NCBI GenBank assembly: GCA_951406725.2
Contig: OX597824.1
Location: 17,732,001-17,796,000, forward strand
Direction of reading: 5' to 3'
Length of the DNA stretch: 64,000 nt
Source: Octopus vulgaris
Lineage: Eukaryota
In this document: piece after piece, positions 1-12,300 of the stretch
Numbering within the stretch: position 1 is the first letter of the stretch
Layout of the letters: each line of letters begins with the position of its first letter
Notes under the pieces: model-generated
Told to the model about the DNA's origin: nothing
Databases searched by the model: none
The model's input: only the letters and a program-made list of their open reading frames with translations
Position numbers and translations under genes: made by a program

Positions 1-1260
1 TATTTTAAAACTTACCTTATATTTTCTAAATCCCCAAATGCACTTACCCGTTGCGATGTATCATTTTGGAGTAACTGGTAGACATTTTGATATAGATATA
101 CACATTTTGCTTCTTAAGTGATACTGGTTGCTTTACAGAATGCAGTGGTGCCTGCTAGGATTTGAACTTACAACGTATAGAAATATGGATTCGAAATATA
201 TTTTTCCTTTTAGTTGGCCGCCCTGTCATTTGAACGGTGGCACCAGCGTACGACAGATGAAAAGTTTTATATATATATATATATGATTGTGTGTCTGTTT
301 GTGAGTAGTGTGTGTCTGTATACACATATGTATTCATATGTGAGTGTTTATATACATGTTTGTATATATATATATATATATATATATCTATACATATATA
401 TATATTCACGCACATAAATATATATTATCTATATATTATCTTAAAACGTTATTACTGAACACACAGCAGCAACAGCAGTCGCAGTATCAGAAGATGATGA
501 AGGAGAAAAAAATGAGGAGACAAAGAAGAAAATACCGGGAAATAACATGAACAACAAAAAGAAAGAGAAGAAAATAGGGAAAGAAAAAATTTTCTATAAA
601 AAAAATTACATATTTTCAAGATAAATAACTTTATAAAATAAACCTCCATTTTCAATGAAAATCTAACAGCTAATTTGAAAATAAATAAACATTCTTAAAA
701 CTAATAAATATTTTCAAAACAAATAAGTAGTTTGGAGCGTAAAAAGTTGTAAAGTTAATTGAAGTTAAAATCTTTTCTTTTGCTGTTTATACATATTTTT
801 TTTCTTTCTTTTATTACTATTTTGTTTTCGTATAATGAGCAAGTAAAAATGTTGGATTTCCTAGAATTTAACTTTAGTTTCATTTCCCCTAAAATGTTTC
901 GTACGCCAAAAGACGTTTCGTTGTTGCTGATGTTATTGTTGTTGTTGTTGTTGTTGTTGTTTTTGTTATTTTAACTTTCGTTTTACAAGAAACTTTTGCT
1001 TCATTTTATTATTAGTATTATTATTATTATTATTATTTTTTTTTTTTTTGCTTTTGTCATAGTGTTATCTTTTCAAAATATATTTTAACAACTCTTTATT
1101 TTATTGTTTCTTACCGTTCCCTTATTGTTCTTCCTTCTCTTTATTCTTTCTTATTTCTGTTGTTATTATTGTTGTTTGTCATTGTTCTTGTTGTTGATGT
1201 CGATAATATTTCTGCTATTGTAGTTTTCTAAAACTCACCTTCCCTACCTCCTTATGTTTG

Positions 1261-1303
<43 letters not shown>

Positions 1304-1405
1304 ATGTATATATAGATATATACATGCATAAATATATGTATATATATATATATATATACATATATAAATACATAGATATATGTACTTGCATATACATACA
1401 TATAT

Positions 1406-1453
<48 letters not shown>

Positions 1454-1523
1454 AATACATATGTGAAAATATATGTATACAGACACTTACACATAGAAAC
1501 ATATGAAAAGACACATGTCACTA

Positions 1524-1582
<59 letters not shown>

Positions 1583-2299
1583 TGTATGTATATATATGTA
1601 TATATATATATATACATACATACGTATATATATATATATATATATATAGACGCACATATATTCCTATAGATATATGTATACATACACCCACACGCAAACA
1701 CAGACACATATGAGAGAGAGAGAGTGTGTGTCTGTGTGTGTGAGAGTGTCTGTGTGTGTGTGTGTGTGCTTACGTATGACTATATATTTGTTTTATTAAA
1801 TTTCTATTTCTTTACTTTCGTTTTGCTTTATACTTATTCTATCATCTTAAAAGCAAACGCTAAAAGGAGATAACACATATTAGAAAACAACGCAAAACAC
1901 GAAGCAGATATGATATTATCAATTTACAAGATGTGTCGAGAGAAAGCATGGCTTATTTGCTTTTGTGCTTTTGTTTCAATTTTATATATATATTTTTTTT
2001 TTCTCAATTGTCTTTGTTTTTATTTTATCGTTTGTTAACTTTAATATTATTTCGTTATTTTGTTTAAATTTGTTTCGTTACATATTGTGTAGCTTAGAGA
2101 TGTTTACCCAAGAAAGGTGCAAGCGTTGTTTTCCTCCCAATGAGAGAAGAGATTATCGCTGTAAGACCTAACAAGATAAAAGCAGATGCCACAAAGTTTA
2201 ATATACAGCTAGTGTATATAAGGTAGTAGGATAATATCAATACTACTGGTGGCTATATTTTCCCTGATAGCATACTCTGCAAGATAAATATGACAGCGG

Positions 2300-2912
2300 C
2301 ACCGTAAGAGGAGGGGCGATTGGAGTTCGTGCTGTTAGTTAGAAAGTAATGTGTTAGAAAGTTATGCTGCTGATGATGGTGATCATGACGATTAAGGTGG
2401 TGCGCGATGATGTTGAGTGAGGTGGGAAAGTTGGTAGGGTGTTGTGATGACAGCAGCGGTGGTGGCGGTCGTGGTGGTGTGCCTGATGTTACTGGTGATG
2501 CTGGTGATGATGTTGACAATAGTGATGCTGGTGATGGAGTTGACAATGGAAAGGTTTCGGAAAGTGATGGAGACGATGTTGACAGAAAGGTGGTGTCAGT
2601 GATAGTGGTGGTGGGGTGGGGTGGGGATGGAGGTGGAGGTGATGCTGATGGTGATAATATAAGGCATGATGTTGGCACGTGATAATTGTCGTGGTGGTGG
2701 TCGGAGTAATAGGGGGAGAGATAGTTGATGCCAGCAGGTATATTAGAGGTAGGTGGACATGGTTGGATTTGGTAGAATGGATGCTGTTGATTCGACACAC
2801 AGCGGCGTTTGCAGTGGTAGCAGCAGTGGTCGTTGTGGATGAGGATTATAATGATGATGATGATGTTGGTGATGATGATGATGTTGATGATGATGATGAT
2901 GATGATGATAAC
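2300..2912. repeat. Degenerate GAT/GGT trinucleotide low-complexity tract
   Basis: Runs of gatgat/ggtggt; the overlapping His/Asp/Pro-rich ORFs are repeat translations. Confidence 0.8.
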
Positions 2913-3176
2913 GTAGTGCATTGCACAATGGCGACGCTACTGGAGCTGAAAGTACATATGACAAACCCTCACACCAACAGGCACAAGGAAATACACACAC
3001 AGGCATACATACGTGTGTGTGTGTGTGAGTGTGTGAGAGTGAAATTGTGTGCGTCTGTGTACATACATACATATGTATATGCATATATTGATACATATAT
3101 ATATATGTATATATATATATATACATATATATACATACATATATATACATACATGCATGCATACATATATATATAC

Positions 3177-3208
<32 letters not shown>

Positions 3209-3211
3209 TAT

Positions 3212-3284
<73 letters not shown>

Positions 3285-3767
3285 TATAGAAAGCGGTGGT
3301 GGAATTTATAGAGATGATGGTAGCATTACAACATAGCAATCGTCGTCATATTGGAATTTAAGTCGGTAATATTCTTATTTTGAAGGGGTGTTAATGGTTA
3401 CGATGCTGAAACAACGATAAGGTTTCCAAATATTATAAAACTATATCAATCGCTTGATATTCAGTAAGATAGATAACAAAGAAATGCATGACAAAAATGA
3501 GCAAGGAAAGTTGATATAATGGTTGAATATGATTACTGAATGGATATCTTCATGATTATCAGAAAAAAAAGAAAAAAAATGCATGAAAATTTTGATGCCC
3601 CCATTTTTCAAAAATTAAATTTGTTTTTGTATTGAATTTTCTGTATCCAGTGTTTTATTTTTTTATCTAGCATACAACGATATATATATTTACGTCTTGT
3701 GCACGCATATTTATGTGTACGTATCGGTCTCACTCTGTGCATACTTCTATGTATATACACATCAGTG

Positions 3768-3837
<70 letters not shown>
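3768..3837. repeat. (TCTA)n microsatellite
   Basis: Perfect atct tandem run. Confidence 0.95.
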
Positions 3838-3909
3838 GATCTCTTTGTCTGTCTGTCTATTCATCTCATTATGTATGTCTATATATACATATAAAATATA
3901 TACACACTG

Positions 3910-4020
<111 letters not shown>

Positions 4021-4069
4021 ATTTATAAATATATGTATCTGTATCAATCTCTGTTTATTTTCTCTTATT

Positions 4070-4195
4070 CCTTTTTGTTGAAGACTGTAGTCTCAAAGCG
4101 TGAAAGGCATTAAATTTTTCCGAGTACCAAACTAAAAAACGTGCGTGTTGTTCGTACATCTGCCTTTGTTTTTCGTTTTTCTATAAATTTCAAAT
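4070..4195 (+). mobile_element. Penelope-like pLTR remnant with decayed hammerhead-like motif
   Basis: ttgaagactgtagtctcaaagcgtgaaag resembles the minus-strand motif at 30604-30642; its tail resembles 30399-30467. Confidence 0.35.
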
Positions 4196-4256
4196 GTCTA
4201 TGAATATATTTGTATTTATATGTGTATATAAATTCACACACAAGGAAATACATACA

Positions 4257-4308
<52 letters not shown>

Positions 4309-4614
4309 CTAAATTCAACTTACGTTGAAAGTCAACAAAGTTTGCTTTAGAAGCGTTGAGATTCGAACTCACATCCGTGTGATTACGCGTTTACCATTAA
4401 TATAAACTAGCCAGCAACAAATTCTTCTGCAATTTTAGGATATATAAATCTAGCTTTATGAGACCACTTGATGTGTAATCACAGGAATGTGAGTTCGACT
4501 TTCATGGCTGGCCGCCGACAGATTTGTCTGCAAAATATCGTTAGTGTGTGTGTGTGTGTGTGTGTCTGTGTCTGTGTGTGTGTATGTGTTGTGTGTGTCT
4601 GTGTGTGTGTGCGT

Positions 4615-4790
4615 GTGTCTTTGTGTCTGTGTTTTCCTGACCACCACCTTCGCTTGACAACCGATGTTGGTATGTTTACGTCCCCGGCAAAAGACACCGA
4701 TGGAAGAAGTCCCAAGCTTCCAAAAAATTTGCTGCGATTAAATTACTGAAACAAGTAAAAGAATTTTTTTAAATAGTAACGAATAAAAGA
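4615..4790 (+). mobile_element. SINE family B, decayed 3' half
   Basis: cgcttgacaaccgatgttggtatgtttacgtcccc...actgaaacaagtaaaag matches the 3' half of the copy at 25601-26137. Confidence 0.75.
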
Positions 4791-5671
4791 ATATATATGC
4801 GCATACATACATAAGTACGTACATACATACGTACATAATTACATACATACATACATACATTTCTCTTGCTTGTACATCACGCAACGTTGTCTCCATCGAA
4901 TACTCTTCTGCTGCAAGTTGACGCATCCATTTATTTTATTCTTCTAATAAAGTTATAAAACCTTGCTTTTCGATAGCAACTGTGTGGAAAATATAATTTA
5001 TATTCATGAAAATACATTTAAATTTATTTGAATATTTTAGTTGTATCACGTTGAATATTATTAAAACAAAAAAAAAAAACACTTGCTGTTTTTATTTATG
5101 TATTTATTAGTAGACATCAGACAGTTATCACACTGTGAAAGATAAATTTTAAAACGAAGATACATTAAAGTAATAACAGCTATAATTTTATAGTTTGTTA
5201 CCAACAAAAGTATCTGGAACACAAGTACCGACGTACTGTAGTTTTCTAATATTTATGTGTTGACAAGTAAAAATGATTTATTATATTACGCAAAGAACAA
5301 TTAATATAACGAATATATCTCATGGTGAAATGTTTCTTTATTGATAACTTGCGAACTTGGATTTCTACAAGTAAACCTTACGAAGGTGTTTACCGTTGTT
5401 TTTCTTTGTTGGTTTTGATTTCGAGAGCAGACATTTTGGTTTTTGGCTTATTGTCTTTTTCTTGTTTCACTAATTATACTGCGGCCCAAACTGGGCCTGC
5501 CGTTGAAGTGTTTAGCCAAAGGTAACGATCCGAGGACTTATTTTGTTGTTGTTGTTGTTTTTTGAATCTGTTACGTAACTTGTTGGTCTCTCAACTGATA
5601 TATTAAGGGGACATAATTGTTCATCAAAAGAAAAAAGATCCTGGTTGTTAAGCGGTTATATATATATTTCG

Positions 5672-5993
5672 TTTTTGGATTTGATTTGCAAGATTCTTTA
5701 TGTGAATTCGTGCGTTGAATCATATTCTGTTGTGGTCTGGGGAGAGCCATTCTCTTTTAGTGCCTTGTAATTTAACACACTCACCGGTAAAATTTCCACT
5801 TATTTTCTTCTTTATTTTTCTGAAATTTTCGTTGCGTCTTGCAACCTTTTCAATAGAATCAAAACTATTGAAAAGGTTGGAAGATGCAATGAACATTTAA
5901 GAAAAATAAAGATGGAAATGAGTGGAAATTTTACCGGTGAGTGTGTTAAATTATAAGACACTAACAGAGAATGACTCTCGCCAGACACAACAG
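5672..5993. mobile_element. Palindromic non-autonomous element (Penelope-like inverted pLTR or MITE)
   Basis: Inverted arms 5727-5856 and 5865-5993 with an 8-nt loop; second, partly deleted copy at 39981-40227. Confidence 0.75.
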
Positions 5994-6281
5994 TGTCTAT
6001 ATATATATATATATATAACATTTCACGACGCATTAAGCAGTGATTGATGAAAAAGTTTCACCCGCTCCTTATAAAATAATAAAACTCCATTCAAAAAATA
6101 TTCTAACTATGTGCCCTTCATTTTTATATATAAATTCGGTTAAAATGATAATATCTTAATTGCATAATTGTGGAATTTATGATGTTGATTGCTAAAGAAA
6201 TAGGTGATGAGCGTAATTAAATAATGAAGCATTTGTGAAATTGTTGCTTTCTGTCTTTAATGTATGCGCACATACACATAC

Positions 6282-6319
<38 letters not shown>

Positions 6320-6399
6320 ATTCATATATACACACACACTTATGAATACATGTATAAAATAAGTATATTTATATATACATGTTCAAGATATATGTATGT

Positions 6400-6608
6400 T
6401 TCAAATTTTAGCGAAAGGCCAGCGATTTCGAGGGTACAAGTAAGGCGATTACATTATTGAGCCCCCAGTGCTCAGCTGGTATTTATTTTTCTGCCCCAAA
6501 AGGTTGAAAAGCAAAGTCGACCTCCACGGAATTTGAACTCAGAACGTAAAGACCGAAGAAATACCACAAAGCATTTCGCCCAACGTGCTAACGTTCCTGC
6601 CAGCTCGC
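6400..6608 (-). mobile_element. SINE family A (tRNA-derived), decayed
   Basis: Reverse complement gcgagctggcaggaacgttagcacg...ctgagttcaaattccg matches the family A head. Confidence 0.8.
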
Positions 6609-6904
6609 TTTACACACACACAAAAAGAAACATACACGCGCAGAAGGCATATTCCTTCTACCGTTTTGGCATTCTTTCCTGGGAAATATCATCGAACGAG
6701 TACATTCGTACGCTGGTAGGTGATGATTTCAGCGGGATTTAGCGACTCTTTCTTGCAAATCGCCTGGCCACGTCGAGATTGTTATGTTCTCTGGATACAA
6801 TGGGAAGAATAGTGACAAACACCACCTCAAACACATACACATATACACCGGAATCAATAGCAATAGCTTAATATGAGCGCTGCCAGCACTGCTACTACTA
6901 CAAT

Positions 6905-6945
<41 letters not shown>

Positions 6946-6985
6946 ATGATAATAATAATAATAATAATAATAACAACAATAACAA

Positions 6986-7405
6986 TTTGTCAGTTGTTTG
7001 ACTTTAACCAGTTGAGCATGTCCCTTAGTGGCTGACGATATGTGCATCTCTGATCACGAGCAGAAGTAGTGGGGGAGCATCATAGCCATGTGTTGAGAAG
7101 GATTCTTTGGGGTTTGAATAATTCACCTCTGGAAACATGGGTGGTTCTTTCAACATCCTTAAACAACCCTTATTCAGGGACCGTTTGAGCGGGATGGGCT
7201 ACTCAACCTGAAGAAAATTCTAACTGGGCCCCACCTGCAAGGTCATGTGCTGTTTATCTTGATATGAGATCACCATGTCACGCACATATGGTTGTGATGC
7301 ATGTGCCTGGTGTACCCTTATCAGACGGGTAGTCATGATGGGTATACTGGGCTTCATATATTTTACCCCAGTGTCACTTTGATGGCATGCACTGCTCTCT
7401 CACTC
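6986..7405 (+). mobile_element. Non-LTR retroposon 3'-end-like segment embedded in (TAA)n
   Basis: 420 bp of complex, higher-GC sequence flanked by aat repeats on both sides and ending ctctctcactc(aat)n; family assignment is inference. Confidence 0.45.
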
Positions 7406-7454
7406 AATAATAATAATAATAATAATAATAATAGTACTGCTGCTGCTGTTGCTG

Positions 7455-7487
<33 letters not shown>

Positions 7488-7526
7488 ATTCTAGTATTAC
7501 TACAACTGATGCTGCTGCTTCTACTG

Positions 7527-7575
<49 letters not shown>

Positions 7576-7593
7576 CAGTGCTACTACTACTAG

Positions 7594-7624
<31 letters not shown>

Positions 7625-8040
7625 GCCACTACTTCTGTTACTGATTATGCTATTGCTTCTACTACTACTACTACTGCTTCTACTACTACTACTACTGCTA
7701 CTACTACTACTACTACTACTACTACTGCTGCTACTACTACTACTACTACTACTGCTTCTATTACTACTACTAGTACTACTATTACTATTACTCCCATGGA
7801 AAAAGATCGTATTATGATCATGTAGACGATGGTGATGATGACGACGACGACGGCGACGACGATGACGATGATGATGGGGATGATGATGAAGATGATGATG
7901 AAGATGATGATGATGATGGTGATGATGATGACAACAGTAGTGGAGATGGTTGTAGTGATGCTGTTGCTGCTGATAGTGATGACGATGACGCTGGTGGCGA
8001 TGATGGATGATTATGAAGACGAACGAGGAGGAGACGATAA
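7406..8040. repeat. Compound (AAT)n/(TAC)n/(GAT)n microsatellite
   Basis: Direct inspection; source of the poly-T/S/L/H ORFs. Confidence 0.95.
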
Positions 8041-8422
8041 TTCCAAGAAGCAATGAATTTATAAAGTGAAAACAAATAAATAAATAAATAAACGAACAGA
8101 AACGCTAATTAGAGAAGAGTGACCAATTTCCTTCCTTCACATGGTGCCAGTCTAGAAAGGAAGCGAAATAATTAAGCAGGTAGTTTTCAACGCTTTGGAA
8201 CACTCGAAGAATATCTCAAAGTTCTAGAGATAACCTGATTATGTTTCGTCTACAGAAATATCGAATTTTATTTATACTTATTGACTTAAGGAGTAATTCA
8301 CACAAACAAAATAAATACATGTATAGATTTTGAATTATAGCAAATCAAATATATTACCCAATATTGATTTTATCAAACACATAATGGTGAAAGGGCAAAT
8401 TCAATTTTTATATGGTTTGGAA

Positions 8423-8865
8423 AGCGGTGAGCTGGCGGAAAAGGTTAGCATGCCGGGTGAAATGCTTAGCGGTATTTCGACTGTCTTTACGTTCTGAGTT
8501 CAAATTCCGCCGAGGTCGACTTTGCCTTTCATCCTTTCGGGGTCGATAAATTAAGTACCAGTTACGCACTGGGGGTCGATGTAATCGACTTAATCCGTTT
8601 GTCTGTCCTTGTTTGTCCTCTCTGTGTTTAGCCCCTTGTGGGTAGTAAAGAAATAGGTATTTCGTCTGCCGTTACGTTCTGAGTTCAAATTCCGCCGAGG
8701 TCGACTTTGCCTTTCATCCTTTCGGGGTCGATAAATTAAGTACCAGTTACGGACTGGAGTCAATATAATCGACTTAATCCGTTTGTCTCTCCTTGTTTGT
8801 CCTCTCTGCGGTGCTCCAGCATGGCCGCAATCAAATGACTGAAAGAGATAAAAGAATAAAAGAAA
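8423..8865 (+). mobile_element. SINE family A dimer ending in a family B 3' tail
   Basis: Two tandem copies of ttctgagttcaaattccgccgaggtcgactttgcctttcatcctttcggggtcgataaattaagtaccag, then gcggtgctccagcatggccgca...actgaaagagataaaag. Confidence 0.9.
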
Positions 8866-9046
8866 CATATATACATATGTACGTACAGGGAGGGAAACAG
8901 AATTTACATTGATAAACACGTACAAACATACATATACATACACACACATACACAGATATATGTATATACATACATATATACATGTATAGATGTGTACGTG
9001 TGTGTACATATATACAAATATATATACATATAAGATATATATATAT

Positions 9047-9107
<61 letters not shown>

Positions 9108-9114
9108 CGTATAT

Positions 9115-9312
9115 ATTTCTATTTGTGTGTTTGTATGCATGTATGTGGATTTCTATGTAATTATCTGCTGTGAGCTTCTTTCTTCATCGCTATGTTCTAC
9201 TCTATCTATGCAAATATATTTTCAAACACGTTTCTAGAAATACAACAATTAACTTATAAGTGAAATTAGTTCTTCTCTTTGCACACAAGCCCATCGACAC
9301 ACACAGGCACTC
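9115..9312 (+). repeat. Direct repeat copy 1 (~198 bp) flanking the satellite-LTR cassette
   Basis: Aligns without gaps to 16321-16518 (offset 7206), about 12 mismatches by eye. Confidence 0.92.
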
Positions 9313-9377
9313 ACACGTACTCACACATATGCACGCACACACACGTATGTGTGTGAGCTGCAAAACACAAAACTCTC

Positions 9378-12300
9378 TTGTTAACAGTTGATCGAATTTT
9401 TGCTAGTGGAGAGTTGATCGAATTTGCACAAGTAGACGGTTGATCGAATTTTCGCTAGTGAACACTTGATCGAATTTTGGCTAGTGGACAGTTGATTGAA
9501 TTTGCACAAGAGGACAATTGATCGAATTTGCACAAGCAGACAGTTGATCGAATTTGCACAAAAGAACAGTTGATCGAATTTGCACAAGTGGACAGTTGAT
9601 TGAATATTCAATAGTGGACAGTTGATCGAATTTGCACCAGTGGACAGTTGATCGAATTTTAGCTAGTTGATCGAATTTTCACCATTGTACAGTTGATAGA
9701 ATTTTCGCGATTTGGACAGTTGATCGAATTTTCGCTAGTGGACAATTGATCGAATTTGCACGAGTGGACAGTTGATCGAATATTCAATAGAGAACAGTTG
9801 ATCGAATTTGCACCAGTGGACAGTTGATCGAATTTTTGCTAATAGACAGTCGATCGAATTTTAGCTAGTGGACAGTTGATCGAATTTTCGCGAGTGGACA
9901 GTTGAACGAATTTTCGCTCGTGGACATTTAATCGAATTTGCACAAGTAGACAGTTGATCGAATATTCGCTAGTGGACAGTTGATCGAATTTGCACAAGTG
10001 GACAGGTGATCGAATTTTAGCTAATGGACAGTTAATCGAATTTTCACCAGTGGACAGTTGATCGAATTTTCGCTAGTGGACAGTTGATCGAATTTTCACG
10101 AGTGGACACTTGATAGAATTTTCGCTAGTGGACAGTTGATCGAATTTTCACTTGTGAACAATTGATCGAATTTGCACAAAAGGACAGTTGATCGAATTTG
10201 CACAAGTGGACAGTTGATTCAATATTCAATAGTGGACAGTTGATCGAATTTGCACCAGTGGACAGTTGATCGAATTTTCGCTAGTGGACAGTTGATCGAA
10301 TTTCCACCAATGGAGAGTAGATCGAATTTTAGCTGGGGGACAGTTGATCGAATATTCACCAGTGGACAGTGATCGAATTTTCGCTTGTGAACAATTGATC
10401 GAATTTGGACAAGTGGACAGTTGATCGAATTTACACGAGTGGTCAGTTGATCGAATTTTCGCTAGTGGACAGTTGATCGAATTTTCGCTAGTGGACGTTT
10501 GATCGAATTTGGACAAGTGGACAATTGATCGAATTTGAACAAGTGGACAGTTGATCGAATTTGCACAACTGAACAGTTGATCGAATAACCAATAGTGGAC
10601 AGTTGATCGAATAACCAATAGTGGACAGTTGATCGAATAACCAATAGTGGACAGTTGATCGAATTTCATACCAATGGACAATTGATCGAATTTCAGCTGG
10701 GGGACAGTTGATCGAATTTTCACCGGTGGACAGTGATCGAATTTTCAATTATAAACAATTGATCGAATTTGGACAAGTGGACAGTTGATCGAATTTACAC
10801 AAGTAGTCAGTTGATCGAATTTCCACCAATGGACAGTTGATCGCATTTTAGCTGGAGGACAGTTGATCGAATTTTCACCAGTGGACAGTTGATCGAATTT
10901 TCGCTAGTGGACAGTTGATCGAATTTTCGCTAGTGGACGTTTGATCGAATTTGCACAAGTGGACAATTGATCGAATTTGCACGAGTGGACAGTTGATCGA
11001 ATATTCAATAGTGGACAGTTGATCGAATTTGCACCAGTGGACAGTTGGTCGAATTTTAGCTAGGGGACAGTTGATTGAATTTGCACAAGTGGACAGTTGA
11101 TCGAATTTTCGCGATGTGGACAGTTGATCGAATTTTCCCTAGTGGACGTATGATCGAATTTGCACAAGTGGACAATTGATCGAATTTGTACAAGTAGACA
11201 GTTGATCGAATTTGCACAAGTGGACAATTGATCGAATATTCGCTAGTGGACAGTTGATCGAATTTGCACCAGTGGACAGTTGATCGAATTTTAGCTAATG
11301 GACAGTTGATCGAATTTTCACCAGTGGACAGTTGATCGAATTTTCGCTTGTGAACAATTGATCGAATTTGCACAGGTGGACAGTTGATCGAATTTTCACT
11401 TGTGAACAATTGATCGAATTTGCACAAGTGGACAGTTGATCGAATATTCAACAGTGGACAGTTGATCGAATTTGCACCAGTGGACAGTTGATAGAATTTT
11501 TGCTGATGGACAGTTGATCGAATTTTAACCAGTGGACAGTTGATCGAATTTTCGGTAGTGAACAGTTGATCGAATTTTCGCTAGTGTACAGTTGATGGAA
11601 TTTGTACCAGTGGACAGTTGATGGAATTTGTACCAGTGGACAGTTGATCGAATTTGCACAAGTGGACAGTTGATCGAATATTCAATAGTGGATAGTTGAT
11701 CGAATTTGCACCAGTGGACAGTTGATCAAATTTTAGCTGGGGGACAGTTGATCGAATTTTTGCTAGTGGACTTTTTATCGAATTTGCACAAGTGGACAAT
11801 TGATCGAATTTGTACAAGTGGACTGTTGATCGAATTTGCACAGGTGGACAGTTGATCGAATATTCACTAGTGGACAGTTGATCGAATTTTTACCAGTGGA
11901 CAGTTGATCGAATTTTCGCTTTTTAACAATTGATCGAATTTGTACAAGTGGATAGTTGATCGAATTTGCACAAGTGGACAGTTGATCAAATTTACACAAG
12001 TGGTCAGTTGATCGAATATTCGCTAGTGGACAGTTGATCGAATTTGCACCAGTGGACAGTTGATCGAATTTTCTCGATGTGTACAGTTGATCGAATTTTC
12101 GCTAGTGGACGTTTGATCGAATTTGCACAAGTGGTAAATTGATCGAATTTGTACAAGTGGCCAGTTGATCGAATATTCGATAGTGGACAGTTGATCGAAC
12201 TTGCACCAGTGGACAGTTGATCGAATTTTAGCTAATGGCCAGTTGACCGAATTTTCACCAGTGGACAGTAGATCGAATATTCGCTAGTGGAATATTCGCA

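Noticed and set aside
1-250. Minus-strand exon ending at the GTAAG donors near 11-16 and 43-48
   Set aside because: No convincing acceptor, and the candidate frame has an in-frame stop.
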